DNA of 64,000 nt from Parcubacteria group bacterium GW2011_GWA2_42_14 (GCA_000998135.1 LCCV01000001.1:8958-72957); one strand, 5' to 3'. Positions 17,962 to 27,032 are shown, numbered from the stretch's first letter. The notes: a model not told the origin generated them from the letters alone. A program made the numbers and translations.

Positions 17962-18495
17962 TTATATACCCATTATATCATACTTTGCCCCAAAATGACT
18001 CGCCACCGCCATTTTAATTGATTCTGGCGTAATGCCCGGAGAAGGAAGAAGGCCAAAAATATGAAGAAATCCCGCGTTAAACTCAAACAATATTTTTTCT
18101 AATCCCGGCCCATTTTGAACATCAACCGTATCTAATCTTTCCAACGTTAAATGCATCAAATCAAAAAGGCGCCCATCGCCCCTTTCTTCAAAAACATTGG
18201 AGTCAGTAAGATTAACAATATAAAAAGCGCATCTCAATTTATTCAAATTGCCTCTTAGGTCAATAAAAAAATCCTTGACTTCGGCTGAAGTAATACGGTA
18301 AAAATTTTTTCCAATGACAAAACTTATGGCCGAGTGAGTCAACGGCTCCAAATGCCCCTTAAGCTTGGCCGCTTCTTTTCTCACTCCCTGCGCCATTACT
18401 TTTATTTTCCCGAAATCCTTGGTCAAAATCGTAATCAACAAATCCGCCTCGCCATAAGGTTCTTTTTTTAAGATGATGCCCTCTGTACTATGCAT
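17962..18495 (-). CDS. recO: DNA repair protein RecO, short form.
   Basis: N-terminal OB-fold signature EGIILKKEPYGEADLLITILTKDFGKIKVMAQGVRK. Confidence 0.6.
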   Translation of the reverse strand: MHSTEGIILKKEPYGEADLLITILTKDFGKIKVMAQGVRKEAAKLKGHLEPLTHSAISFVIGKNFYRITSAEVKDFFIDLRGNLNKLRCAFYIVNLTDSNVFEERGDGRLFDLMHLTLERLDTVDVQNGPGLEKILFEFNAGFLHIFGLLPSPGITPESIKMAVASHFGAKYDIMGI

Positions 18496-18595
18496 ACTCG
18501 CTAATCAATCTCTAATTTTGTTCGCGAATGGTTCGACAAGCTCACCATAAATATTCGCGAAATAATTCGCGATTGATTAGTGATTTTATTATCGC

Positions 18596-18632
18596 ATTTT
18601 CCGGACAAAGAAAAAAGGCCGTATGTGCGGCC
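18596..18632 (-). terminator. Intrinsic terminator on the minus strand.
   Basis: Read on the minus strand: ggccgcacatacggcc followed by ttttttctttg. Confidence 0.5.
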
Positions 18633-18635
18633 GAA

Positions 18636-18893
18636 TTAATCATCGTGCGAACAACTATTTTTTAAACTTGATACAAGACAAAAAAAGAAAGGTAAGAAAA
18701 AAACAAACAATATAAGCGTAAATGTAAAGATAACGGCTAAAATCAATAATACGGATAGAAGAGGTGAAAAAATAAGTCTTACGATGCCAAACAAAGAAGT
18801 CGGGCGCGAAAATAGCTCGCCAAGCGGTTCTGCATAAAATCCAACAAAATAATCCTTAATTACAAAGCCGAAATTTTTACTATCAAAGAACAT
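18636..18893 (-). CDS. Small membrane protein, hypothetical.
   Basis: An 85-aa ORF with two TM helices, ending 2 nt before ileS. Confidence 0.35.
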   Translation of the reverse strand: MFFDSKNFGFVIKDYFVGFYAEPLGELFSRPTSLFGIVRLIFSPLLSVLLILAVIFTFTLILFVFFLPFFFCLVSSLKNSCSHDD

Positions 18894-18894
18894 T

Positions 18895-21800
18895 TTACCA
18901 TCCGTTTTCTACTTTTGTTTTGTTGTTTTGATACTCCCTGAATGATAATTTGTCAATCCCCGCCCAAACTTGCTTGCCTTCAATCTCCAGATCGCACTCG
19001 GCTTTAAAAATCTTTTTTCCGCCGATGTAAAATTCTTTAGCGCCCGCTTCAGCCATAATAAATTTTTTCCATTTTTCCAAAACAATATCTAAATCCGGAG
19101 CGACTTTGAGATTCCTCGCTTCGCTCGGAATGACGCCGAAGGGGTTCGAAATGATACCGGAAGAAAATTGTACCCGGATTTTATCTCTGGGATGAAGTCC
19201 TAAATCTTTACGCATTTCCTGAATGTTTCTGACAATTTCACGCATCATTCCTTCTTCTTTTAATTCCGGCGTAATCACCGTATCAAGTTTCAATTCTTTC
19301 CCAAAGGTGATTTCTTTCACATTCACTTCTTCTTTAATCAATTCTAATAAATCCTTGCGGAGTTGTCGGTTGTTGGTTGTAAGTTGTAAGTTGGCAAGCG
19401 GCTGTCTTACTTTAATCCCCACCTCGGCTCTTAACTTCAGCGCCTCGGCAACAACCTTTCGTACTGTTTCCATGTCTTTGAAAAGTTTCTTATCGCCCTC
19501 AGTCATCCTGAGCCGCAGCGAAAGATCTTTTGAGATTCTTCGCCCCGCTGCGGCTCCGCTCAGAATGACACCCGAAGAGGGCCACTCCGCTAAATGTACG
19601 CTCTCCTCCTCGAGTCGTATTTTTTTTCTCAATTCCCGCCATATCGCATCGGAAAGAAAGGGAATAAACGGCGCTGTTAATTTTGAAAGCTGTACTAATA
19701 TATATGCTGTTGTTAGAGCCGCCTCATTTTTTTCAACAATTGTTTTTGGTTTCTGAAATCTTCGCCTAGAACGTCTCAAATACCAATTGGAAAAATCATT
19801 AAGAGTAAATTCTTCAATTGCCCGCGCCGCCCCGGTAATATCATATTTATCAAGTTTTTTTGTGACTTCAACAGCCAAATTTTCCAATTTTAAAATAATC
19901 CATTGATCAAGGAAGTTTCTTTTTTTTGAATTTTGAATTTTGAATTTGTTTGGGATTTGGGATTTGGGATTTGGGATTTTATCTATGTATGTATCAAAAA
20001 ACACAAAACTGTTCCAAAGCGTTCCTAAAAATCCCCGAAGTTTTACCTGCAAATCTTTCTCATCAAATTTTTTTGGCTCACCCGGGGAATTAATCGTATA
20101 AAAATACCAACGTATGGTATCCGCCCCGTATTTATTAATCATATCCTTGGGGTTAATCACATTGCCCTTGGACTTAGACATTTTCTGTCCGTTCTTATCA
20201 AGCACGTGCCCAAGCGATATAACATTTTTATAAGGCGCGCCCTTTCCAAGAAGCGTTGCTACGGCAAGCAAAGTATAAAACCACCCTCGCGTCTGGTCCA
20301 CCGCCTCTGATATGTAGTCGGCCGGATACAATAATGTTGTTGGTTGTTGGTTGTTGGTTGTTGGTTGTTTTGCGAAAGGCCAATGACCTTGAGCAAATGG
20401 CATAGCGCCCGAATCAAACCATACATCAATTATCTCCGGAACTCTCTTCATTTCTCCCCCGCATTTTTTACAAGAAAAAACAACGGCATCAATATAGGGC
20501 CGGTGGAGATTCACAGCGCCGGTAAAATCCCGCGGCAAATTTTTTAACGGCAAATCAAGCGTTTCGGCAAAAAAAATAAAATCATCTTCACGCTTCCCCA
20601 TATGCTCACGAATCGTTTCTTCATTAGACCAGCCCAAGGCCCCGCTAAACATCATCCAAATCGGATATTCATGGCTTACAATAAGAATAGTTTTTCCGGA
20701 GTGTTTTTGTTCCATATCCGCCATAAAATCCATAATCCTCGCCCTAAGCTCCGAAAGAGTTTCACCGTTAGGGGGGCGTTTCGTAAATTTTTCCAGATGC
20801 GATGAAAAATAACTATGATACATATGGTCAGGCCTTTCGTGAAAATCACCGACATTCACTTCCTGAATCCTTTTGTCAAAATGAACCGGAAGTTCAATAA
20901 TTTTTCCGACAATTTCCGCGGTTTCCCTTGTTCGCAAAACCGGCGAAGAAATAATCAAATCAATACCCCTTTTTTTCAAAAGACCGGCTCTTTTTTCAGC
21001 TTGGACTCTGCCTTTCAGCGTCAAAGGATGTCCGTCAATAGAACCGCAGAGATTTTTAATATTGGAAAGCGACTCGCCGTGACGCATAACCATATATTTA
21101 TTTCTGGCGACACCGCTCCTTTCATGAAGTTCTTCAAGAGAACCGACGGCCTCAATATTTTCACATTTCCCGCACCTCCATACCGGCAAGGGCGTTCCCC
21201 AAAATCTCTCACGAGAAAAAGCCCAATCGCGGACTTCCCGCAAAAATTCACCGAAACGGCCGTCCTTGATATGCTCCGGCATCCAATTTATTTTAAAATT
21301 GCCTGACAATAATTTTTCTTTCAGCACTGTCATTTTTATCCACCAGGCATTTTTTGCAAAATACAAAAGCGGCGTATCGCACCGCCAGCAATGCGGGTAA
21401 TCATGCTCATGCGGTTTTACAAAAAATAGCAGATTCCGCTTCTTCAAATATTCAATAATGTCGCGGTCCGCGGTTTTTACAAACTTTCCTTCGCCGACAA
21501 TTCCTTTTTTAACCGTGCCGTCAACATTTACCGTGTGCAGTATCGGATAATTTAGCTGAACGTCATTCTGAGCCACAGGCGAAGAATCCCCTCCTTGAGA
21601 TCCTTCGCTTCGCTCAGGATGACGATAATACGACTTTACCGCCCGCATATCATCATCGCCAAACGCCGGCGCTATATGCACCATGCCCGTTCCTTCCTCC
21701 GTAGAAACAAAATCTCCTGGTATAACGCTAAACCCCGGAGGACTGCCCAAAAAATATTCTTGAGGAACGCTGAATAACGGTTCATATTCCGTCCCCAGCA

Positions 21801-22659
21801 GAGATTTTCCCGAAACTTTTTCAACCACCTCAATTTTTTCCTCGGGGCTGTGAGGCGGTATAGTCGCCGACCACACACAATATCTTCCGCCGCCCGCGGC
21901 CCCGTCACCCACTTCCCATTTAGTGTATTCAATCTTCGGATTAACCGCCACCGCCACATTTGCGGGCAGGGTCCATGGCGTAGTTGTCCAAATAAGCAGG
22001 TATTCATTTCTTTCTCCTTTGATTTTTAATTTAACAAAAACAGAATTTTCTTTTACCGTCCTATATGCTCCCGGCTGGCCCAATTCATGCGTGGAAAGGC
22101 CGGTTTCACACCGCGGGCACCACGGCACCACTTTAAAATCCTGATACAAAAGTTTTTTCTTCCAAATTTCTTTGATAATCCACCATAAACTTTCTATATA
22201 CTTGGTTTCATACGTAATGTAAGGGTTTTCAAGGTCAAGCCAAAAACCGATACGCTTGGTTGATTTTTCCCACTCTTCCTTGAACTGCCACACGGACTGG
22301 CGACATTTTTCGTTGAACGCCGCAATGCCATATTTCTCAATATCCTTTTTGGTTTTAATTCCCAACATCTTTTCCACCTGAATTTCAACCGGCAAACCGT
22401 GCGTATCCCACCCGGCTTTTCTCGGCACAAAAAACCCGCGCATAGTTTTATAACGCGGAATAATATCTTTGAACGAGCGCGACTCCAAATGATGAATTCC
22501 GGGAGCAGCATTGGCAGTAGGCGGACCTTCGTAAAATATAAATGTTTTACCCCGTTTATTTTTGGCAAGCGACTTCTCAAAAATCTTGTTTTTCTCCCAA
22601 AATTCCAAAATTTTTTCTTCCCGTTCGGGCAAACTAAGTTGTTTATTATCATCAGACAT
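18895..22659 (-). CDS. ileS: Isoleucyl-tRNA synthetase with an inserted histidine-phosphatase domain and several in-frame repeat insertions.
   Basis: HIGH-region (PPTANAAPGIHH), WCPRCET zinc motif, KMSKS, and a C-terminal zinc-binding region. Residues ~525-715 carry the RHGESLSN, SSPVLRTRETAEIV and ILIVSHEYP motifs of the PGAM/histidine-phosphatase superfamily. Confidence 0.95.
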   Translation of the reverse strand: MSDDNKQLSLPEREEKILEFWEKNKIFEKSLAKNKRGKTFIFYEGPPTANAAPGIHHLESRSFKDIIPRYKTMRGFFVPRKAGWDTHGLPVEIQVEKMLGIKTKKDIEKYGIAAFNEKCRQSVWQFKEEWEKSTKRIGFWLDLENPYITYETKYIESLWWIIKEIWKKKLLYQDFKVVPWCPRCETGLSTHELGQPGAYRTVKENSVFVKLKIKGERNEYLLIWTTTPWTLPANVAVAVNPKIEYTKWEVGDGAAGGGRYCVWSATIPPHSPEEKIEVVEKVSGKSLLGTEYEPLFSVPQEYFLGSPPGFSVIPGDFVSTEEGTGMVHIAPAFGDDDMRAVKSYYRHPERSEGSQGGDSSPVAQNDVQLNYPILHTVNVDGTVKKGIVGEGKFVKTADRDIIEYLKKRNLLFFVKPHEHDYPHCWRCDTPLLYFAKNAWWIKMTVLKEKLLSGNFKINWMPEHIKDGRFGEFLREVRDWAFSRERFWGTPLPVWRCGKCENIEAVGSLEELHERSGVARNKYMVMRHGESLSNIKNLCGSIDGHPLTLKGRVQAEKRAGLLKKRGIDLIISSPVLRTRETAEIVGKIIELPVHFDKRIQEVNVGDFHERPDHMYHSYFSSHLEKFTKRPPNGETLSELRARIMDFMADMEQKHSGKTILIVSHEYPIWMMFSGALGWSNEETIREHMGKREDDFIFFAETLDLPLKNLPRDFTGAVNLHRPYIDAVVFSCKKCGGEMKRVPEIIDVWFDSGAMPFAQGHWPFAKQPTTNNQQPTTLLYPADYISEAVDQTRGWFYTLLAVATLLGKGAPYKNVISLGHVLDKNGQKMSKSKGNVINPKDMINKYGADTIRWYFYTINSPGEPKKFDEKDLQVKLRGFLGTLWNSFVFFDTYIDKIPNPKSQIPNKFKIQNSKKRNFLDQWIILKLENLAVEVTKKLDKYDITGAARAIEEFTLNDFSNWYLRRSRRRFQKPKTIVEKNEAALTTAYILVQLSKLTAPFIPFLSDAIWRELRKKIRLEEESVHLAEWPSSGVILSGAAAGRRISKDLSLRLRMTEGDKKLFKDMETVRKVVAEALKLRAEVGIKVRQPLANLQLTTNNRQLRKDLLELIKEEVNVKEITFGKELKLDTVITPELKEEGMMREIVRNIQEMRKDLGLHPRDKIRVQFSSGIISNPFGVIPSEARNLKVAPDLDIVLEKWKKFIMAEAGAKEFYIGGKKIFKAECDLEIEGKQVWAGIDKLSFREYQNNKTKVENGW
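19921..19982 (-). repeat. Repeat family A copy inserted in-frame in ileS.
   Basis: The DNA ttgaattttgaattttgaatttgtttgggatttgggatttgggatttgggatt encodes IDKIPNPKSQIPNKFKIQNSKK. Confidence 0.8.
20335..20372 (-). repeat. Repeat family C, (GTTGTTGG)n / (TTGTAAG)n, in-frame in ileS.
   Basis: Encodes KQPTTNNQQPTT. Other copies occur at 19368-19396 (LANLQLTTNNRQL), 44716-44786 (intergenic, rpmI-rplT) and 63838-63940. Confidence 0.75.
21562..21624 (-). repeat. Repeat family D, the palindromic unit gtcattctgagc...gctcagaatgac, in-frame in ileS.
   Basis: The DNA gtcattctgagccacaggcgaagaatcccctccttgagatccttcgcttcgctcaggatgacg encodes HPERSEGSQGGDSSPVAQNDV. Other copies occur at 19502-19571 (SLRLRMTEGDKK), 19108-19135 (VIPSEARNL), 55075-55135, 56900-57045 and 59255-59365. 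Confidence 0.8.
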
Positions 22660-22722
22660 ATTACCAATCATATATAAATTCGGCATAAATGCAAAATAAA
22701 AACGGCTTTTGGGGCCGCATAT

Positions 22723-23109
22723 TTATTTCCAAAGAATCGCCACCAAGGCGCAAACCAAAAATAACAGCGCAACAACCATATTTTTAGCCGGCAGTTCTCC
22801 CAGATAAAGCCATGCCGTAAAAAACATTATCAAGATGCTTGAAAACCAAACCGTAAGCTGAACAAGCCAAACCCTCTCCGAAAACACGTTATGATACCCA
22901 TACCAATAAATGTATGAGTTCAATACACCCATGGGAATAAAAATCGGCAGAAGAATAATGCAATAACCCAACCAAAAAGTCCCGATATTAGGAAATCGCA
23001 TACCTAAAAGTTCAAGTTTAGCGGCGTTTTGTATCTGCCAAAAGACGACGATATTGCCTATAACCTGAACAGCGCTTGCCAGGAAAAAAATCCATAACCA
23101 ACCAAGCAT
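22723..23109 (-). CDS. Membrane protein, hypothetical.
   Basis: A 128-aa ORF with four TM helices. Confidence 0.4.
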   Translation of the reverse strand: MLGWLWIFFLASAVQVIGNIVVFWQIQNAAKLELLGMRFPNIGTFWLGYCIILLPIFIPMGVLNSYIYWYGYHNVFSERVWLVQLTVWFSSILIMFFTAWLYLGELPAKNMVVALLFLVCALVAILWK

Positions 23110-23111
23110 TT

Positions 23112-24740
23112 TTACATCTTCTCCGGCTTAGAAATTCCTAAAAGACCTAATATATTATGTAACACAATTTGAGTTGAGCTGACAAGAACAAGGCGCGCGT
23201 TTTGCAATTCTAAATTTTCAGACAAAACATGCTGCTTTTCGTAAAAATTATGAAAAATTTTGGATAGCTCAAGAGCGTATCGCGTAAGGCGTATAACCTG
23301 AAAATCGCCCGCTGTATCTTCAACAACTTCCGGAAACTGCATCAGTTTTTTAATCAGCATCCGTTCCTCGTCCGTATTTAATAATTTAATAATTTGAATT
23401 TTGCTTGCCCGCCATAGCTTTAGCGAAGGCGGGGATTTTCCCAATATACTACTACATCTTACATACGCATACTGGACATAATACACCGGATTCTTCATTG
23501 ACCTTTCTTTGGCCAATTTCATGTCAAAGTCCATGTGGGTATCGGGCGAATGCATCAAAAAGAAAAAACGCGCCGCGTCCGGCCCCACTTCTTTTATCAA
23601 TTCCTCAAGCGTGATAAACTCTCCCCGGCGCTTGGACATTTTCACTTCTTTGCCGTCTTCAATCAGCCGCACCAGCTGGGTAATTATTATTTTTATTTTA
23701 TCTTGGCCGATGCCAAGCGCCTTCAACGCCGCGACCAAGCGGGGGGCGTAGCCATGATGGTCGGCCCCCCAAATATCAATTACTTTATCAAACTTGCGGA
23801 CCTTAAATTTATTCCAATGGTAAGACAGGTCGGGAAGGGCATATGTCGGCTCCCCTGTTTGCCTGACCAAAACACGGTCTTCAGTATCCCCGTATTCTTT
23901 TGCTTTAAGCCAAAGCGCTCCGTCTTTTTCGTAAACCAGGTTTTTTTTCTTAAGTTCTGCTTGTATTTTTTTTACAAGCCCGCTTTTATAAAGAGATTCT
24001 TCCGAAAAAAACTTATTAAATTTAATTTTAAAAATGTTTTCAATATTCACTTGGTTTTCTTTCTGAATTTTTTGCGTTAAAGCAAAACCGACTTCCCCCT
24101 CCATATTTCTCGGATTTTTTGACTTAATTTCTGAAATAATTTTTCTGAATTCCGGGCTTTGAAACTTTTCTTTTACGTATGGCGAAAGATAGCTCATTCC
24201 CCTGCCCAAAGCCGTTTTCCCCAATTCTTTAATTTGCGTGCTGGATTTGGCGTCGTTAATATAATATTCACGGCAAACCTTGGCGCCGAAAAATTCAAGA
24301 ACATTCGCAAGAACATCCCCCAAAAAAGCGCCTCTAGCATTTCCCATGGTAATAGGGCCTGTCGGATTGGCGGAAATGAATTCTATATTTATTGATTGTA
24401 GTTTGTGGATTGTGGTTTGTGGTTTACCATAAATGTTTTTCTTCTTTAAAATCTCTTGAAACTCGCTCTCAAGCGTCTCTTCTGATAATCGGAAATTAAT
24501 AAAACCGGGCGGAGCTGTTTCCGCCTCCCACATTCCACCCCCCACATTCTCTTTAAGAATACCCGCGATTTCCAACGGATTTTTATTCAAAATTTTAGAC
24601 AAAAGCAGGGCGATATTAGCGGAATAATCGCCGTGCGCCGGATTTTCCGGCGCCTCAACCAAAAATTCCGGCATTAAAATATTGCCGAATTTTTCAACAA
24701 CGGCTTTAAGAACGGCTTTTTTGATTTCTGTTCTAATCAT
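23112..24740 (-). CDS. argS: Arginyl-tRNA synthetase.
   Basis: EFISANPTGPITMGNARGA and a C-terminal NPVYYVQYAYVRC segment are standard ArgRS signatures. Confidence 0.9.
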   Translation of the reverse strand: MIRTEIKKAVLKAVVEKFGNILMPEFLVEAPENPAHGDYSANIALLLSKILNKNPLEIAGILKENVGGGMWEAETAPPGFINFRLSEETLESEFQEILKKKNIYGKPQTTIHKLQSINIEFISANPTGPITMGNARGAFLGDVLANVLEFFGAKVCREYYINDAKSSTQIKELGKTALGRGMSYLSPYVKEKFQSPEFRKIISEIKSKNPRNMEGEVGFALTQKIQKENQVNIENIFKIKFNKFFSEESLYKSGLVKKIQAELKKKNLVYEKDGALWLKAKEYGDTEDRVLVRQTGEPTYALPDLSYHWNKFKVRKFDKVIDIWGADHHGYAPRLVAALKALGIGQDKIKIIITQLVRLIEDGKEVKMSKRRGEFITLEELIKEVGPDAARFFFLMHSPDTHMDFDMKLAKERSMKNPVYYVQYAYVRCSSILGKSPPSLKLWRASKIQIIKLLNTDEERMLIKKLMQFPEVVEDTAGDFQVIRLTRYALELSKIFHNFYEKQHVLSENLELQNARLVLVSSTQIVLHNILGLLGISKPEKM

Positions 24741-24798
24741 GAATACACTCTAACAAAATTCAACCAATAAAAAAAGGCGGTTTTCCGCCTCCTATATT

Positions 24799-25062
24799 TT
24801 ATCCTCGTTTTCCTTCAGTTACATATAAAAACGCGCCTTCAAGAATATGCTCGTCTTCAAGTTCGCGCCACCCGCCGAACCCTTCTTCGGTATTCAAAAG
24901 CTGGCGTTCAACTAAATTATAAAATTCTCCGCATCCAAAACAAGAAAGTTCAAAAAGATATTCTGTGCCAAGCCACGAAACACCGCATCGTTCCCGTTCG
25001 CGCAGGATATACGTCTTGATGGCTTCCATTTTTTCTTCACGCGAACGCGCCATTTCAAGCAT
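24799..25062 (-). CDS. Small Cys-containing hypothetical protein, likely translationally coupled to purF.
   Basis: Its ATG overlaps the purF TAA stop, forming TAATG. It contains CGVSW...CFGCGEFY. Confidence 0.35.
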   Translation of the reverse strand: MLEMARSREEKMEAIKTYILRERERCGVSWLGTEYLFELSCFGCGEFYNLVERQLLNTEEGFGGWRELEDEHILEGAFLYVTEGKRG

Positions 25063-26480
25063 TATGTTTCTTTCCCGAATATCCCGTCTTTCAACGGAAT
25101 ATGATAATTTCCTGAAAAACAAGCGTCGCAAAAGTTATTCGCCTTTAATTTGTTTCCAGGAACTTCCATAACCGAACGCCTTAAACCTTCCAAGCTAAGA
25201 TAATGAAGCGAATCCGCGCCAATTTCTTTTCTAATTGCTTCAACGTCGCCGTTCAGCCGTTTGGCGATTAATTCATTTTCAACCCTGTAAGTATCAATCC
25301 CGTAGTAACATGGATATTTATACGGCGGGGAACTAATTCGCGTATGAATTTCTCGCGCTCCCGCCTCCCTTAACATGTTAATTACTCGCTTGATTACGGT
25401 AGAACGCACAATAGAATCATCAACCACAACCACACGCTTTCCTTCCACTAATTCCGGAATAACATTCAATTTTATACGCATTCCTTTTTCTCGACGCTCC
25501 TGAAGAGGCTCGATAAAGGTGCGCCCCACATAGTGAGAACGAAACAAAGCCATCTCTATCGGCAGGCCCGCTTCTTTAGCCAATCCGCAGGCGGCAAAAT
25601 TTCCTGAATCAGGAACCGGAACAACAATGTCGGCATCAACCGCGGATTCGCGCCACAAATTCCGCCCCATCTCCTCACGGACCCTTTGGGCTCTGCGGCC
25701 ATCAAATATGCTATCCGGACGCAAAAAATAAACATATTCAAAAACACAAAACTTCTGCTTTTGAAACGCTTCTGCAGTTGAACAAAACATCTGGTCTCCA
25801 TACGCTCCGGAAAGCGAACCTTGTTTCATCACAATTATTTCTCCGGGCCTGACGTCAAAAAGATATTTCATCCCAAGCACGTCGCAAGTGGCGCTCTCCG
25901 AAGCCAATACTTTAATGCCTCTGCCCTCGCCGTAAACCAGTGGCCTGTTGCCGGTTAAATCGCGCATGCCATAAATCACATCTTTATATAAAACAACCAG
26001 CGCATATGTTCCTTCTACGCGCGATAACGCCCGATACAAAGCTTCTTCAAATCCAAAAGATTCATTAAAATAAATCAAGGACGCAATAATTTCGGTGTCG
26101 GTTGTCGTGCGGAAAAAATATCCCTGCTTGACGCATTCCTGACGAAGCTTTTTTGTATTGGTAAGATTGCCATTGTGGGCGATCCAAAAAGGAACACTCT
26201 TAAATAAACCCTGAATTGGCTGAACATTCTCAAGAGTAGAACCGCCGGCAGTAGAATAACGAACATGGCCAATACCTATTTTCCCGAGAAGTCCGGAAAG
26301 AACTTCTCCCCCAAACACAACCTCAACAGTTCCCATGCCGCGCTTTTCATGATAAACGTTCCCATCATACGTCGCAATCCCCGCGCCCTCCTTTCCTCGG
26401 TGCTGAAGCGACCAAAGCCCGGCATAAATATCCTGAGATACTTCGCCGCTTTCAGAAACAATCCCCAGAATTCCGCACAT
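25062..26480 (-). CDS. purF: Amidophosphoribosyltransferase.
   Basis: N-terminal MCGILGIV places the catalytic Cys1 of an Ntn amidotransferase. The FEYVYFLRPDS and DDSIVRST PRTase motifs are present. Confidence 0.85.
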   Translation of the reverse strand: MCGILGIVSESGEVSQDIYAGLWSLQHRGKEGAGIATYDGNVYHEKRGMGTVEVVFGGEVLSGLLGKIGIGHVRYSTAGGSTLENVQPIQGLFKSVPFWIAHNGNLTNTKKLRQECVKQGYFFRTTTDTEIIASLIYFNESFGFEEALYRALSRVEGTYALVVLYKDVIYGMRDLTGNRPLVYGEGRGIKVLASESATCDVLGMKYLFDVRPGEIIVMKQGSLSGAYGDQMFCSTAEAFQKQKFCVFEYVYFLRPDSIFDGRRAQRVREEMGRNLWRESAVDADIVVPVPDSGNFAACGLAKEAGLPIEMALFRSHYVGRTFIEPLQERREKGMRIKLNVIPELVEGKRVVVVDDSIVRSTVIKRVINMLREAGAREIHTRISSPPYKYPCYYGIDTYRVENELIAKRLNGDVEAIRKEIGADSLHYLSLEGLRRSVMEVPGNKLKANNFCDACFSGNYHIPLKDGIFGKET

Positions 26481-26579
26481 AATCCACCTCTTTTTCAAAA
26501 AACAAAGTTTTATAAATATACCACATTTAAAATTAACTTTCAAGGTTTAAAATTTTTATTCAATGCTATAATTAAAGCT

Positions 26580-27032
26580 GTGAAAGTTATTGCCACAAAT
26601 AAACGCGCTTATTTTGACTACGAAATCCTGGAAACATACGAAGCGGGATTAGAATTATTCGGCTTTGAGGTAAAATCAATCAAAACCGGGCACGCAAATC
26701 TCGGCGGGTCTTTTATAGTGATTCAAGCTAAAACCGCCGGCTCGCCCGAGGCATGGCTTTTGAACGCCCACATTCCTCCATATCAGCCGAAAAACACTCC
26801 GGCAAGTTTTGACCCCTACCGAACCCGCCGACTGCTTTTACACAAATCAGAAATCCGGGAACTAATTGGCAAATCGGCCCAAAAGGGCTTGACTTTAGTG
26901 CCTCTTCGGGTATATAATAAAGGCGCACGGATAAAAATTGAATTCGGCTTGTCAAGACACAAGAAAAAGGAAGATAAGAGAGAAACGATTAAAGAAAGGG
27001 AAACCAAAAGAGAGATTGATCGATATAAATAA
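26580..27032 (+). CDS. smpB: SsrA-binding protein SmpB.
   Basis: IATNKRAYFDYEILETYEAGLELFGFEVKS...DPYRTRRLLLHKSEI is the SmpB signature. The probable start is a GTG at 26580, 7 nt downstream of a TATAAT at 26567-26572, so the mRNA may be leaderless. Confidence 0.85.
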   Translation: MKVIATNKRAYFDYEILETYEAGLELFGFEVKSIKTGHANLGGSFIVIQAKTAGSPEAWLLNAHIPPYQPKNTPASFDPYRTRRLLLHKSEIRELIGKSAQKGLTLVPLRVYNKGARIKIEFGLSRHKKKEDKRETIKERETKREIDRYK

